From assembly GCA_038496445.1 (NCBI GenBank), contig JALMLS010000525.1, positions 188,264-252,263 of the forward strand: DNA of 64,000 nt. Direction: 5' to 3'. Positions within the stretch are counted from its first letter, which is position 1. Each line of letters begins with the position of its first letter. The DNA is from Trichosphaerium sp. ATCC 40318. Its lineage: Eukaryota > Protista > Tubulinea. Made by a program: the position numbers and the translations under genes. The notes under the pieces are model-generated. The model did no database searches and was not told the origin of the DNA. It was given only the letters and a program-made list of their open reading frames with translations. Positions 43,801 to 53,947 of the stretch are shown piece after piece.

Positions 43801-44962
43801 CAAGAAGCCTTTGTCGTACGTAACATTGCTTCAGTAGTTTATGTTGTGGCTCACGCAATCGGTACAGAACGGCACAATCATCGGGTCGTCAAATGCAGAA
43901 GTCAGAAAGTGCAGGTATGTGCGAGTTCAAGGGAGTTCGTTTGGATGACCCCCTTCTAGGTTCCGAAACCAGATATGGGCTATTAAACGTGTTCGTATCA
44001 TGGTCGATGAAGAGTCAGTTGCAAGGGAGATAAACTTGGTCAAGTCAGTATTCCATTCATTGTCCCAAGCTGACTCTTGGTTTCTTTTTTGTAGAAAAGT
44101 ACGTGGCCAAAACATACTGTCGTTCCTTGGATATTGCGGTGATCAGATACACATGTACATTGTCATGGAATTCATGGAGCGTGGTTGTCTGACAGACGTG
44201 CTGTTGGCGGACGGTGTAATGACGTGGAAGTATGTGTATCGCTCATTTCCTCACAGCTAGCCCTCCTTGTTAACGTCACCCTTAGGCGTAGAATATCAAT
44301 GGCAGTCGATGCTGCCAAGGGCATGTTAACGCTGCATCAGAACAACCTGGCACATCGAGACATTAAGGTGAGTTACCTACACGGACAGAAGTCTCCTGAG
44401 CGCGCACGTTACACGTGCTAATCGACTAACTGTATTGTGTAGAGCGCAAACCTCCTAATCAACAAGGATTGGACGGTAAAGCTATGTGATTTCGGCACAA
44501 CAATTGAGGCTGCGGAGGACTTGGGATTGTTCACCATGATTGGCACGCCCAAGTGGTGAGTGATTGCACAGTGTTTTTCAAACTAACTGTGTGTGCGCGT
44601 AGGATGGCCCCTGAGGTGCTTCAAGCACAAGAGTATAACGGCCGGAAAGTGGATGTTTACAGCTTCGGCGTAATATTATGGGAGATATTGGCAAGGGAAG
44701 TGCCGTATGGCGATGTTGGGTGGAGCAATCAACTCCTTACAAGCGTTTTGCAAGGACAGGTACTAACGACCTTTTCTTGTTTTATCGTGTACTAAATATC
44801 ACGTGTTTGCAGAGGCCGCCAATACCTAAAAACTCGGACGCGTCACCACGGTTCATAAAGTTGATAAAGCGCTGTTGGGACAAGAATCCTGAAAAAAGGC
44901 CTGACGCTCTTGAAATTTTACGCGAGCTGCAGGAGGTCTACGAACGTTATCTCGGCAACTAG
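40815..44962 (+). CDS. Armadillo-repeat protein with C-terminal TKL-type protein kinase
   Basis: ARM-like segments (GGLTKLFALL, IGGISTLVQ, YHAAMALANV); kinase WAIKR, HRDIKSANLL, KLCDFG, WMAPE, DVYSFGVILWE and CWDKNPEKRP. Confidence 0.85.
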
Positions 44963-45101
44963 TTGGTAGAGTCCGTTGGCAAGTAATAAACAAAAATCAT
45001 GTAACCAGCCAATGTTTTTTTCATTCAAAAAAAAAAAAAAAAGAGTAAATGACAAGTCAGTCGCCTTACTTCCCGCTCATTTTTGAATATACTACAATAA
45101 A

Positions 45102-45743
45102 ATGGACTTGAAAGGCTTACTAGAGGCTACTGACAGCGCAAAGCCAACATACTTTCCTACATTCACTGTTGCTCGACCAAACGCCACATTTGAAAATATT
45201 CGTACATTGTCGCGTTTAGAGAAGAAAGTAGCGTGTCACCGAACAAGTGATGGCGAAGGAAGCCCTCAACAGGATGTTTCTTCCACTGTTTATTTACACG
45301 AGCGCACCAAGGATTTAAAATCGCTCGCTGATCAATTTGAGGCGTGTAAAGTACCGTGGGTGATTGCTATTAACGGTAAAATTAGGCTGTACTAGCAAAC
45401 AAGCAAGAACTGTTGATGTATTTAAACAAACCGCAACAGGACGGTATACGCGTTGAAAAGCCATTACAAGAGTCTGTGCGCGCTCTACTCCAGACAATGG
45501 TGGCACAATTAAACGGATTAAACGACAGCAAAATGGGTCTCGATGCAATAAACAAGCTGCCTGCTACCGTGACGTGCGTGAAGCGTGACTTTCACGTGTC
45601 GTTGTAAATTCATTTTTGTACAAAGCCATTATTTCACATTTTTTAACATTTCTGTTTTTAGCGATCTCAAGGCCACCCTCACGTCTCTAAAACATGTCAA
45701 CGATACCTGTACTACCTTGTCAGACACACTAAGCAGCTGCTGA
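45102..45743 (+). CDS. Putative augmin subunit HAUS2-like coiled-coil protein
   Basis: Spliced product DVSSTVYLHERTKDLKSLADQFEA..NKQELLMYLNKPQQDGIRVEKPLQESVRALL resembles the conserved HAUS2/AUG2 segment by eye only. Confidence 0.45.
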
Positions 45744-45900
45744 AGCCATGACGGTGGGCGTTAGTAAATAAATTGTACTTTTAGAAAACAAAATAAGACT
45801 GGCAAGTCCTCAGGTGACTGCTGTTACGCTGATAATATTGTGGATTTGAGCTGCAAATGGATGTGATGATGATGACACTATTATATTAAAAAACTACAGA

Positions 45901-46558
45901 CTACTTGCCGACTTGCATGATTATATAGACACACGGGTGTGCGTGGATGATTACGATAGTATGCGACTTACCCACTGTCTGTAGTCGATATGACCTGTCA
46001 CATTTGGATCGGCTTCGGCTAGGAGCTCATCTGTACACAACAATTATTTTTATAGCGCGTAGAGATTACACCAAACGCACCAACTTCAACAGTGGACATT
46101 TTCTCTCCCAAATTGGTGAGTAAATAACGCATTTCTTCTGTAGACACCGTACCTGCAGTTTCCTCGGTTAGTCGCACCAACGCAAGATGTTTCAGTTCGT
46201 ACCATCGCCCTCCTTGTCAAATATTTTAAATGTTTCTCGAATTTCATCATCTTCGTTGTGCTCCAGAGTTTGCTGACGGGAACGCAGGGCATCCACCATT
46301 TGGTCATACGTAATGGCGCCACCTGTTTTGCTTTAGTGGACGCTAGTAATGGAAATTACGTTTTATGTACCAGCTTTCGCGCAAATATCGCCGACCTCTG
46401 CTTCTGACGGCTAAAACATAGGTGTAAGTGTAAGTAGGAACATGATTTGGTACTTTGAGTCCCAACGACCGCATTAGATTACCCAGCTCTTCAGGATTGA
46501 GCTTTCCATCAAAGTCTGAGTCGAAAATGCGAAATGCTTCTTTGTACTCCTGTGACAT
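45901..46558 (-). CDS. Calmodulin-like / myosin light chain EF-hand protein
   Basis: EYKEAFRIFDSDFDGKL, EIRETFKIFDKEGDG, LLTNLGEKMS and EADPNVTGHIDY. Confidence 0.85.
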
Positions 46559-46673
46559 GAACGTTAATTTTACAATTTCTTTTGACTCAAAGTAAAAAAA
46601 AACCCAGCGTATATTTCGCCTCCAAGTCAAATTCAGTCGAGCGTTGAGAACTGAAACACTACCTGCGCACAAG

Positions 46674-48256
46674 ATGGCACACATGTTTAAAGATGCAAAG
46701 CTTCAAGAGTTTGATATGGCCAATTTGACTCTACAAAACGATGATATTTACGACTACGACGCTAAAGCGCACAAGGCGTTGTCTGACCAAAAACCTTGGA
46801 CCAAAGAGTAACGCATAACGAAAGCTAACTCCAACATGACCTTTTTTCTAGTGTAAATTACTTCAAGCGCGTAAAAGTATCCGCTGTGGCCCTTATTAAA
46901 ATGGTACGATTCAACAAACACAAGGAAAAAACTGATCGCTGAAAATACTGTGTAGATCATGCATTGTCGCTCTGGAGGCAACCTTGAAGTAATGGGATTA
47001 ATGCAAGGCAAAATAGAGGATGAAACGTTTATCGTTCTAGACGCCTTTGCTCTTCCCGTTGAAGGAACAGAAACGCGCGTTAACGCCGCTCAAGACGGTT
47101 ACGAGTACATGATTAAATACTTGGAGCTGATTCAAGCGGTACGTTACGTTCTCCTCTTTTTTAAACACTACACTTTTTTTATTTTTCAATTAAAAAAAAG
47201 AACAACAACCAAGGAACGCTTTTTGACAAAGACCCTCAACAAGACTCTTTTTCAACAGCTTTTTTTTATTTCTTTTTTTTTGGTGAAAGACAAGCCTCCA
47301 TTGCTGACACCCATCGCTTAGGTTGGTCGCGAAGAAAACGCTATTGGTTGGTATCACAGTCACCCTGGATACGGATGTTGGATGTCTGGTATCGATTGTC
47401 AAACACAGATGCTCAACGAACAATACCAAGAACCATGGCTAGCTATTGTTGTACGTTTTGTGATGTGGTGTTATATAATTATAATTGCGTGCCAAGCCAC
47501 AGTTGCACATAAAATAGTGGAAATTAACTTTTGGCCTTTTTACAGATTGATCCTGTGCGCACTGTATCCCAGAACAAAGTCCACATTGGTGCCTTCCGTA
47601 CTTATCCAAAGGATTACAAACCACCTAAGCAGAGCAGTGAGTACCAAACAGTTCCACTAGAGAAGATGGAGGATTTTGGTGCTTACGCTGACAGGTTAGT
47701 TAGTTAGTTACTTAGTTAGTCAGTTCACGACCACCAGCTCTATTTTGTACACAACCTTATATACAACATAGATACTACCAACTCGATGTCACCGTTTTCA
47801 AGTCTGTTCTTGACGGCCAACTATTGGATTTATTGTGGAGCAAACAGTGGGTCAACACTTTGGCATCCTCTCCCCTAGCAACTGTACGTCCTGTGTGATA
47901 TGACCTCTTGTTGTATTTCTGTAAAAGTGCTTATTTGGTTGTTAGAACCGTGACTACGTTGCGTCACAAATTAGTGATTTGGCTGACAAACTAGAACAAG
48001 CTGAGACGCAATTGGCGCATTCTGGTCGCATGGGTGGTCTTTTCTTACAAGACAAGAAGAAGGACGAGTCCAAACTCACTAAATTAACCAAGGACACGTG
48101 CGCTATTTTTTCTTTATGAAAATTGTTAAATTGTAGCTGTAAACCTTTTTTTGCTAATGGTGTTGATGCAGGTCTAAGCTGTCAATTGAAAATACTCAGG
48201 GTTTGTTGAATCTTGTAGTTAAAAATATTCTCTTCAATACCAACTTCGAGCAATAA
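46674..48256 (+). CDS. CSN5: COP9 signalosome subunit 5 (JAMM deneddylase)
   Basis: [28 protein letters not shown] and [21 protein letters not shown]. Confidence 0.96.
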
Positions 48257-48487
48257 ATCAATCACCCCTCTTATTGTCCAAATCTGCCCTCATCCTAGGT
48301 TAACCACAACAAACAAACTTTGTAATGGAGTACTCGAAAGAATCGTGTTTAAGTAAAAAACTGTCTGTCTTTTTATTTGGACTTGCATTTTTTTTTTGTT
48401 CCTAGTAAGATTTTATTTGCTGGACACGCCAAGCTTCCTCTCTCGGTATGTTTTATATGTACACTACTGTTATGGCTCTTGCTTGAA

Positions 48488-49508
48488 TTACAGAGCAGTA
48501 CCTAAGGTGCAGGTGTAAGTCAAGGCTCCAAATGTTTGATGGCCAAATGTAAGATAGCGTACCGCGTTCAAGATTTTCTTTAATCTCCTTTGTGACGCCA
48601 CCATAAGCTCTTTCAATTTTTTGATTAAATTTGCGATTTCTCTCGTTGATAAAGCTGACATCTTTGCCTTCATCATATCTTCTACGGCGCGAGAACTTAG
48701 CACGTCTGGCGTCCTGTCTATTCATTTCCTCTACTAAACCATCGATCTGGCGTTGTATGTTAGTCACTGGGCAGCGCTACAAATTCGCGAGGAAAAGCAC
48801 CAACTGGGCCACAAAGTAAATATTTTGTTACCTTCGCTTTAGAGGGCGCGTGGTGGACAAAGTTGATACTGCCAGGGTCGTAAAACTCGTCTTGCATCTC
48901 CTCCTTTGTTTTTTCGTACTCGTCCTTGTCAAATTTTACAGACGCAATTCTCTTTTTAAATGATCTATATTTCGCTTCATCCGTATGAACTATAGCCGTC
49001 AGTACAGTGGCACGCCACATTTGAAAAAAAGTTAGTTTGGTTTTTTTTTTTTTTTGTAAAGGCAGTTGTAGGTTTCTAGTTACGCACTCTGTAGTCCTGA
49101 GATGCTGGCTTTGCGCTTCTTGCGCTTTGCTTTTTCATCTAGAGCGTAAGCTGATTGGTTATTTTTGTAGAAGCGCTCAGGGTCTATGCCATCATCCGCT
49201 AGATTCTTGAGGTGCCGTGCCATGTTTTCTTGCTTTTCTTTATTTTCGCGAAGTTTACGTTGCTCTGGCGTTTCGGCTTTTAACCGCGCTTCTGTTTTTA
49301 CAGCTACGATTGTTTTATTGCGAAGGGTGTTCATTTTGTCTTCTAGCATTCTAAATCGCTCCCGACGAGCTTCTGCAGTGTTCTTGGAGCCAGCGGACGT
49401 GGCCGATTTTTTTTTGGGCTTTGACAGCGTCGGTAAGTCCAAAAACGAGCTATCTTCGCTATTACTGGTGCTAGCTACTTGCCTAGCGTCGTCGTACGAG
49501 CTAAGCAT
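48488..49508 (-). CDS. SYF2: Pre-mRNA splicing factor SYF2
   Basis: KFSRRRRYDEGKDVSFINERNRKFNQKIERAYG..TKEIKENLERGTAL*. Confidence 0.9.
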
Positions 49509-49625
49509 GGTTGTGAAGCGCTGTGAAGAATGTTGTGGTTAAGTTTGTCGCTCAATTCATTTAATGCAAACAAATCAAAGCGAATGTGATTGTAAAAGCA
49601 TAAAAGCAAACCACAAACGAACGAT

Positions 49626-50462
49626 ATGGACACGGCTGACGTAATAGAGATATCAAGTGACGATGCTATGGAAATAACGGATGAAGAGAACAATGACTGC
49701 GTTATTGTTGAGTGCGAGGACCGTGTGGAGGGACCCAGATGCCCAATATGCTTAAATGCATTCACTGACCCCAGAATGTTGGACGTGTGTTTTCACACTT
49801 ATTGTTATCTGTGCATCATGCAATGGACGTCTGTATCCCGATCGTGCCCTTTATGTAAAGAAGAGTTTTCTTCATTGATAAAAGTTACAAATGACGACAC
49901 AAACGACTATGAACGTGTCTATTTAGATGATGCCAAAGCGTTGTCTACTGTACCGTCTACTTCTGGTCGTTCGCGCAGAAAAAAGTACACTGACACACAG
50001 TTCAGGGCTATGGTGTACAGCAAACATATGCAGCCGATAATTGATTTCGATTTGGTGCAAATACCGTTTGGACCAAGAGCACATGATTCATTTCCGCACA
50101 AGGCCAAAGATTACCTACAACAACGACAAAATAATTGGCTTTCCAAGTTTTCATCATGGCTGACACGTGAACTTGATGTATTACTGGACAGTCAACATGC
50201 AGATCAATCCTCTACCAAGACTTTGTTACTTCAAGTCATTGAAAAGATGTTAATAAAGTATGGCAATTTAAATGAACAAAAGGTGTATGAACAACTCCAT
50301 GGCTTTTTAGAAGAACACACATCACAGTTTATTTCAGAGGCTATGTTGTTTTTACAATCCCCTTACACACTGGCACAATTTGATAGACAAGTAAACTATC
50401 AAAGTCAGCATGGTACTATTTACACAGGCAAGTCTGGCAAATGGAAAAAATACAAACAATAA
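49626..50462 (+). CDS. RING-HC E3 ligase, Topors-like, single exon
   Basis: CPIC...CFHTYCYLCI..W...CPLC, followed by WLTREL, FLEEHTSQFISE and FLQSPYTLAQFD (Topors-like C-terminal segment). Confidence 0.8.
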   Translation: MDTADVIEISSDDAMEITDEENNDCVIVECEDRVEGPRCPICLNAFTDPRMLDVCFHTYCYLCIMQWTSVSRSCPLCKEEFSSLIKVTNDDTNDYERVYLDDAKALSTVPSTSGRSRRKKYTDTQFRAMVYSKHMQPIIDFDLVQIPFGPRAHDSFPHKAKDYLQQRQNNWLSKFSSWLTRELDVLLDSQHADQSSTKTLLLQVIEKMLIKYGNLNEQKVYEQLHGFLEEHTSQFISEAMLFLQSPYTLAQFDRQVNYQSQHGTIYTGKSGKWKKYKQ

Positions 50463-50841
50463 TGTACACTAATGTAAGTAATTAATAGTATTTTGTAATA
50501 TTTTTGATATTGTGTACCCTTCAAGGCAATCTTTTGATTATTAACAAATAACCACATTTTTACCATGTAATATCCTGTTTAAATAGCAATTGTTACATTT
50601 TTTCATAGTTCAAAATAGAAATCTTCATCTGATCATTCATCTGAGCTTTCATTGTCTGAATAATAGTTGTGCCTACTTGTCCTACATATGGGTGATGTTA
50701 GCGAATTAAGCTGTTGATATAAGTGGAATCTCATTATCAAATAAGAATGAATTCATGCATAATTGCACTGATATGTATAGTTGGCAAAATATTTAATAGT
50801 AGCCTCAAACCATCCATTCAGGTCTATGATGGATGAGCATT

Positions 50842-50891
50842 GAGATTTTGAACTGTTTCAAAAAAAAAAAAAAAAAGAGATTTTGAACTGT
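50842..50891 (+). mobile_element. Poly(A) micro-insertion flanked by a 15-bp direct repeat (retrotransposition scar)
   Basis: GAGATTTTGAACTGT (50842-50856) + TTC(A)17 + GAGATTTTGAACTGT (50877-50891). Confidence 0.6.
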
Positions 50892-50940
50892 ACTAAACTG
50901 TATGAAACCTGTATCTAATCTGTATGGATTCTGTACTGGA
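50877..50940 (+). repeat. Decayed remnant of the CCCGTAC subterminal array seen at 63681 onward
   Basis: GATTTTGAACTGTACTAAACTGTATGAAACCTGTAT aligns with GATTTTGACCCGTACTAAACCCGTACGGAACCCGTAC (63681), mostly through CG>TG changes. Confidence 0.6.
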
Positions 50941-50943
50941 TTT

Positions 50944-50961
50944 CAGTGGTGGAATCGGACA
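50944..50961 (+). repeat. Left terminal inverted repeat CAGTGGTGGAATCGGACA
   Basis: Exact reverse complement of 63359-63376; both are followed inward by TACGCG after a 1-3 nt spacer. Confidence 0.9.
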
Positions 50962-50969
50962 GTACGCGA

Positions 50970-51340
50970 ATGGCACGTTTTGGGCACGTTTTGGGCACGT
51001 TTTTTTTCCACGCAAATTGCACGTTTTGGGCACGTTTTGGGCACGTTTTTTTTCCACGCAAAAGGCACGTTTCTCTTCCACATGCTGGCCACGCAAATGG
51101 CACGTTTTGGGCACGTTTTGGGCACGCGGATTTTCCACGTTTTGGACACGTTTTGGGCATGCATATTTTCCACGTTTTGGGCACGTTTTGGACACGTTTA
51201 TTTCACACGTTTTGAACACGTTTTGGGCATGCATATTTCACACGTTTTGAGCACGTTTTGAGCACGCATATTTTCCACGCAAATGGCACGTTTTGGGCAC
51301 GCGTATTTTTCACGCAAATGGCACGTTTTGAGCACGCATA
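50970..51340 (+). repeat. Left subterminal array, 11-bp unit GCACGTTTTGG interspersed with CCACGCAAATG
   Basis: More than 20 copies of (G/A/C)CACGTTTT, visible directly. Confidence 0.9.
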
Positions 51341-51413
51341 ATACAGCAGTTGTTAACAAATTTTATAATATTTATTTAATTATATAAACCAACAATCGTT
51401 ACAAATAAATACA

Positions 51414-53869
51414 TTACTGCTCACTATCATCATCTTCATCTTGACTATCATCATCACTTTCAACAATATCCTCCAAAGAAAATGGCAGAGCAGCATCGTA
51501 TAATGTTAAAAAATGTTGTCTGGGTTTTAGTACAAATAAAACTAAGTATTTTTTAAATAAATCATAATGTCTTATTAACAACCTACCTCCTGGATGTTCA
51601 TCAGCAAATTTAATGTTTTTTGAGCTCCATAAAGAAGTGAATAGTTGTCCTAGTTTGTTTTGACGTGCTTTTTTTACAGTAGGATTTCGGCAAAAAATGT
51701 CAGGTGTTTTTATCTACAAAATAGTCAATTGAATATGATAAAAAGAACAAATAAGGCTTACCTTGGTGCAAAACTGTTTGACTGCTTCTAAAGTGGTTAA
51801 AGCAGCAGTACCTGGGTTGAAAATACTGCTGGATTTATATTGTATAGGTTCAAAAGAACTTTTCTTGCAATTGAAAGTTTGATTACAAACAAGTTTTGCA
51901 AATCTTGCAATAACATCTGCATCGTACTTGCAAGCTGTTTAAAATTAATGTCATTAAGTTTATTTGATAAAAACTATAACGTACTTGCAAAGTAGTAAAC
52001 TTTGGCAAAAGAAGGACGTATAAAAAACAATGTCCAAGTGCTAATGTTGAAATAAATATTTACGATCGGAATAAAAAAAAAAGTACCACAGTGGTAGAAA
52101 ATCATTATAAGTATCTACAGCAATTAGTTTGTCTTGTATTGGTACTGGCAATATATAATATTCTGCATAATCGTCATCTTCTGATTCTTTCTCTGAGTAA
52201 CACAATACTTTGCCCACTTTAGTTTTTTTCTTTGAAAAAAAATTATTAATAATTCCCAATATTGAAATGATTGATCGTACTCTGGTAAGCATTTTTGCTG
52301 TTCTAGTTTTAGAAAACAATCCAATATTAGGTTCTTTAGCATCCACTAAAACTCTAAATGCAGCATGAGTAATGAATGGTGGCTATGGTTTGTACTGAAG
52401 TATCATATCGGTAAATGCTTGTAAAGAAGGAGCAACAGATTCTCTTGTAAATAAAAAACAATAATCTGCAATTGTACTGTGCTTTAATAAGCAATACATG
52501 GGAGTATTCCATTGTAGTGTTGTGTAGTACTGTTCATCATCATCTATTGAAGTTCCATCTGATGGTCTGGGTTGTTCAACGATTGGTGATTTTTGTTTTG
52601 TTTTTTTTGGTTTCCTCTTTCGTAATAGACTTGATTCTTCTTTTTCTCCTTGTGCTTCATGTAATTTAAATGGAGTTATCAATTTTGGTGTAGTAGTTAA
52701 TTCAGATGAGTCAGACGATTCACTACAACAATCAATGAATAAAAAGGAAACAACCAAAAAAAAAAGAAAGCAAGCAATCGTACTCTAAACTGTCAACAGG
52801 TGTTGAGGTTTTTTGTTGTTTGGAGGTGTTTTTTTTAGCTTTTATAGCTGTGAGATATAGTTCCATACCTTCTTCATCAAGCTGTCTAATAAATATCAAT
52901 AAAACTTGAAATAAATGGAAAAAAAATTGTACTTGAACGATAGAGGTAAACTGGCCATCCCAATAAACATGCCCTTTTGTACAGGAACAAAAGGAATATG
53001 CTTGTTTTGCCATGCTTGTTTAGTAACTGCTTTTAAGTTGGCTATTAATCCATCAGTGCTTTGTTTGTAAAAACTATTGTCTGTATTTACGAATGCAATT
53101 AATTTTTTCTCTATATGAATGTATCAGTTCAAATTTGTTAAAAATGGCTTGCCTGCAAGTTCAAAAGCATGGTCCTCATTCTCAGTGATATAATTGAAAA
53201 ATTTTCTAGCAAATTGTCCCAATCGCCTGTTTACAGAATCTCTAATAAATTTTGACATTTTTGTTTTATGTATATCCTCCATTTCCGATCCAAATTGCAC
53301 TTTGAATTGTTTGGCAAGCTCCACATAAAAAGTGTCATCTTTAATGTGAGTATAAGGAAAGGCAAATAGCAATTTGGATCGTATCCAATCCTAATTATTT
53401 TTTAATTGTTAAGGGTTTTAAACAGATTTTTGGTTCAACGATCGTACCCATTTTCTCTTTTCAATGTCCTCAATTTGTTTGTGAGTTGTTATAAATTGTT
53501 TGAAGTTAGCTTCAATGGTCTTAACAGCTTTGGTTATTTCTAAAACACCTTTTTCAACATTTGAAAGTCTTTTATCCATCGCATCCTTCATAACATTTAT
53601 TGAATTCATCAATTCATCTAAAAACAATTAAATAAGGCAAAAACTAGGTAAACGATCGTACTGGTGGTTATGTTACCATAGGAATTTTCCAAAATCTCTT
53701 CAACTGATTCTGCTTCATTATTATTAACCAATCGCCTTCTTTTCTCAACTGTGCTATTTGTTCTGGATCGTTTTCTTTTGTTTGGTTGTTGTTTGCTTTT
53801 TTGAGGAGAAAATTGTTCCATATAACTATTTAGATCGTTTATAGCATTCATACCTTGAGAATTGTCCAT
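51414..53869 (-). CDS. Transposon accessory protein: NLS-like basic patch, coiled coil, possible catalytically dead Ulp1/C48-like C-terminal domain, acidic tail
   Basis: Multi-exon frame from MDNSQGMNA through KRKRSR and MDKRLSNVEKGVLEI to YYILPVP...TWTLFFIRPSFAKVYYFAT...FNPGTAALT...EDIVESDDDSQDEDDSEQ*. The domain call is by eye. Confidence 0.6.
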
Positions 53870-53947
53870 TGTATTGCTTTAATTAATTTAGAGATCGTAA
53901 TTGAATTAATTTTACCAATCGTAAGTCTTGGCTTTTCAAAATTACTT

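Noticed and set aside
50893-51261. Six overlapping ORFs with KTCPKRA/HVLGTF repeats
   Set aside because: Artefacts of the 11-bp subterminal array.
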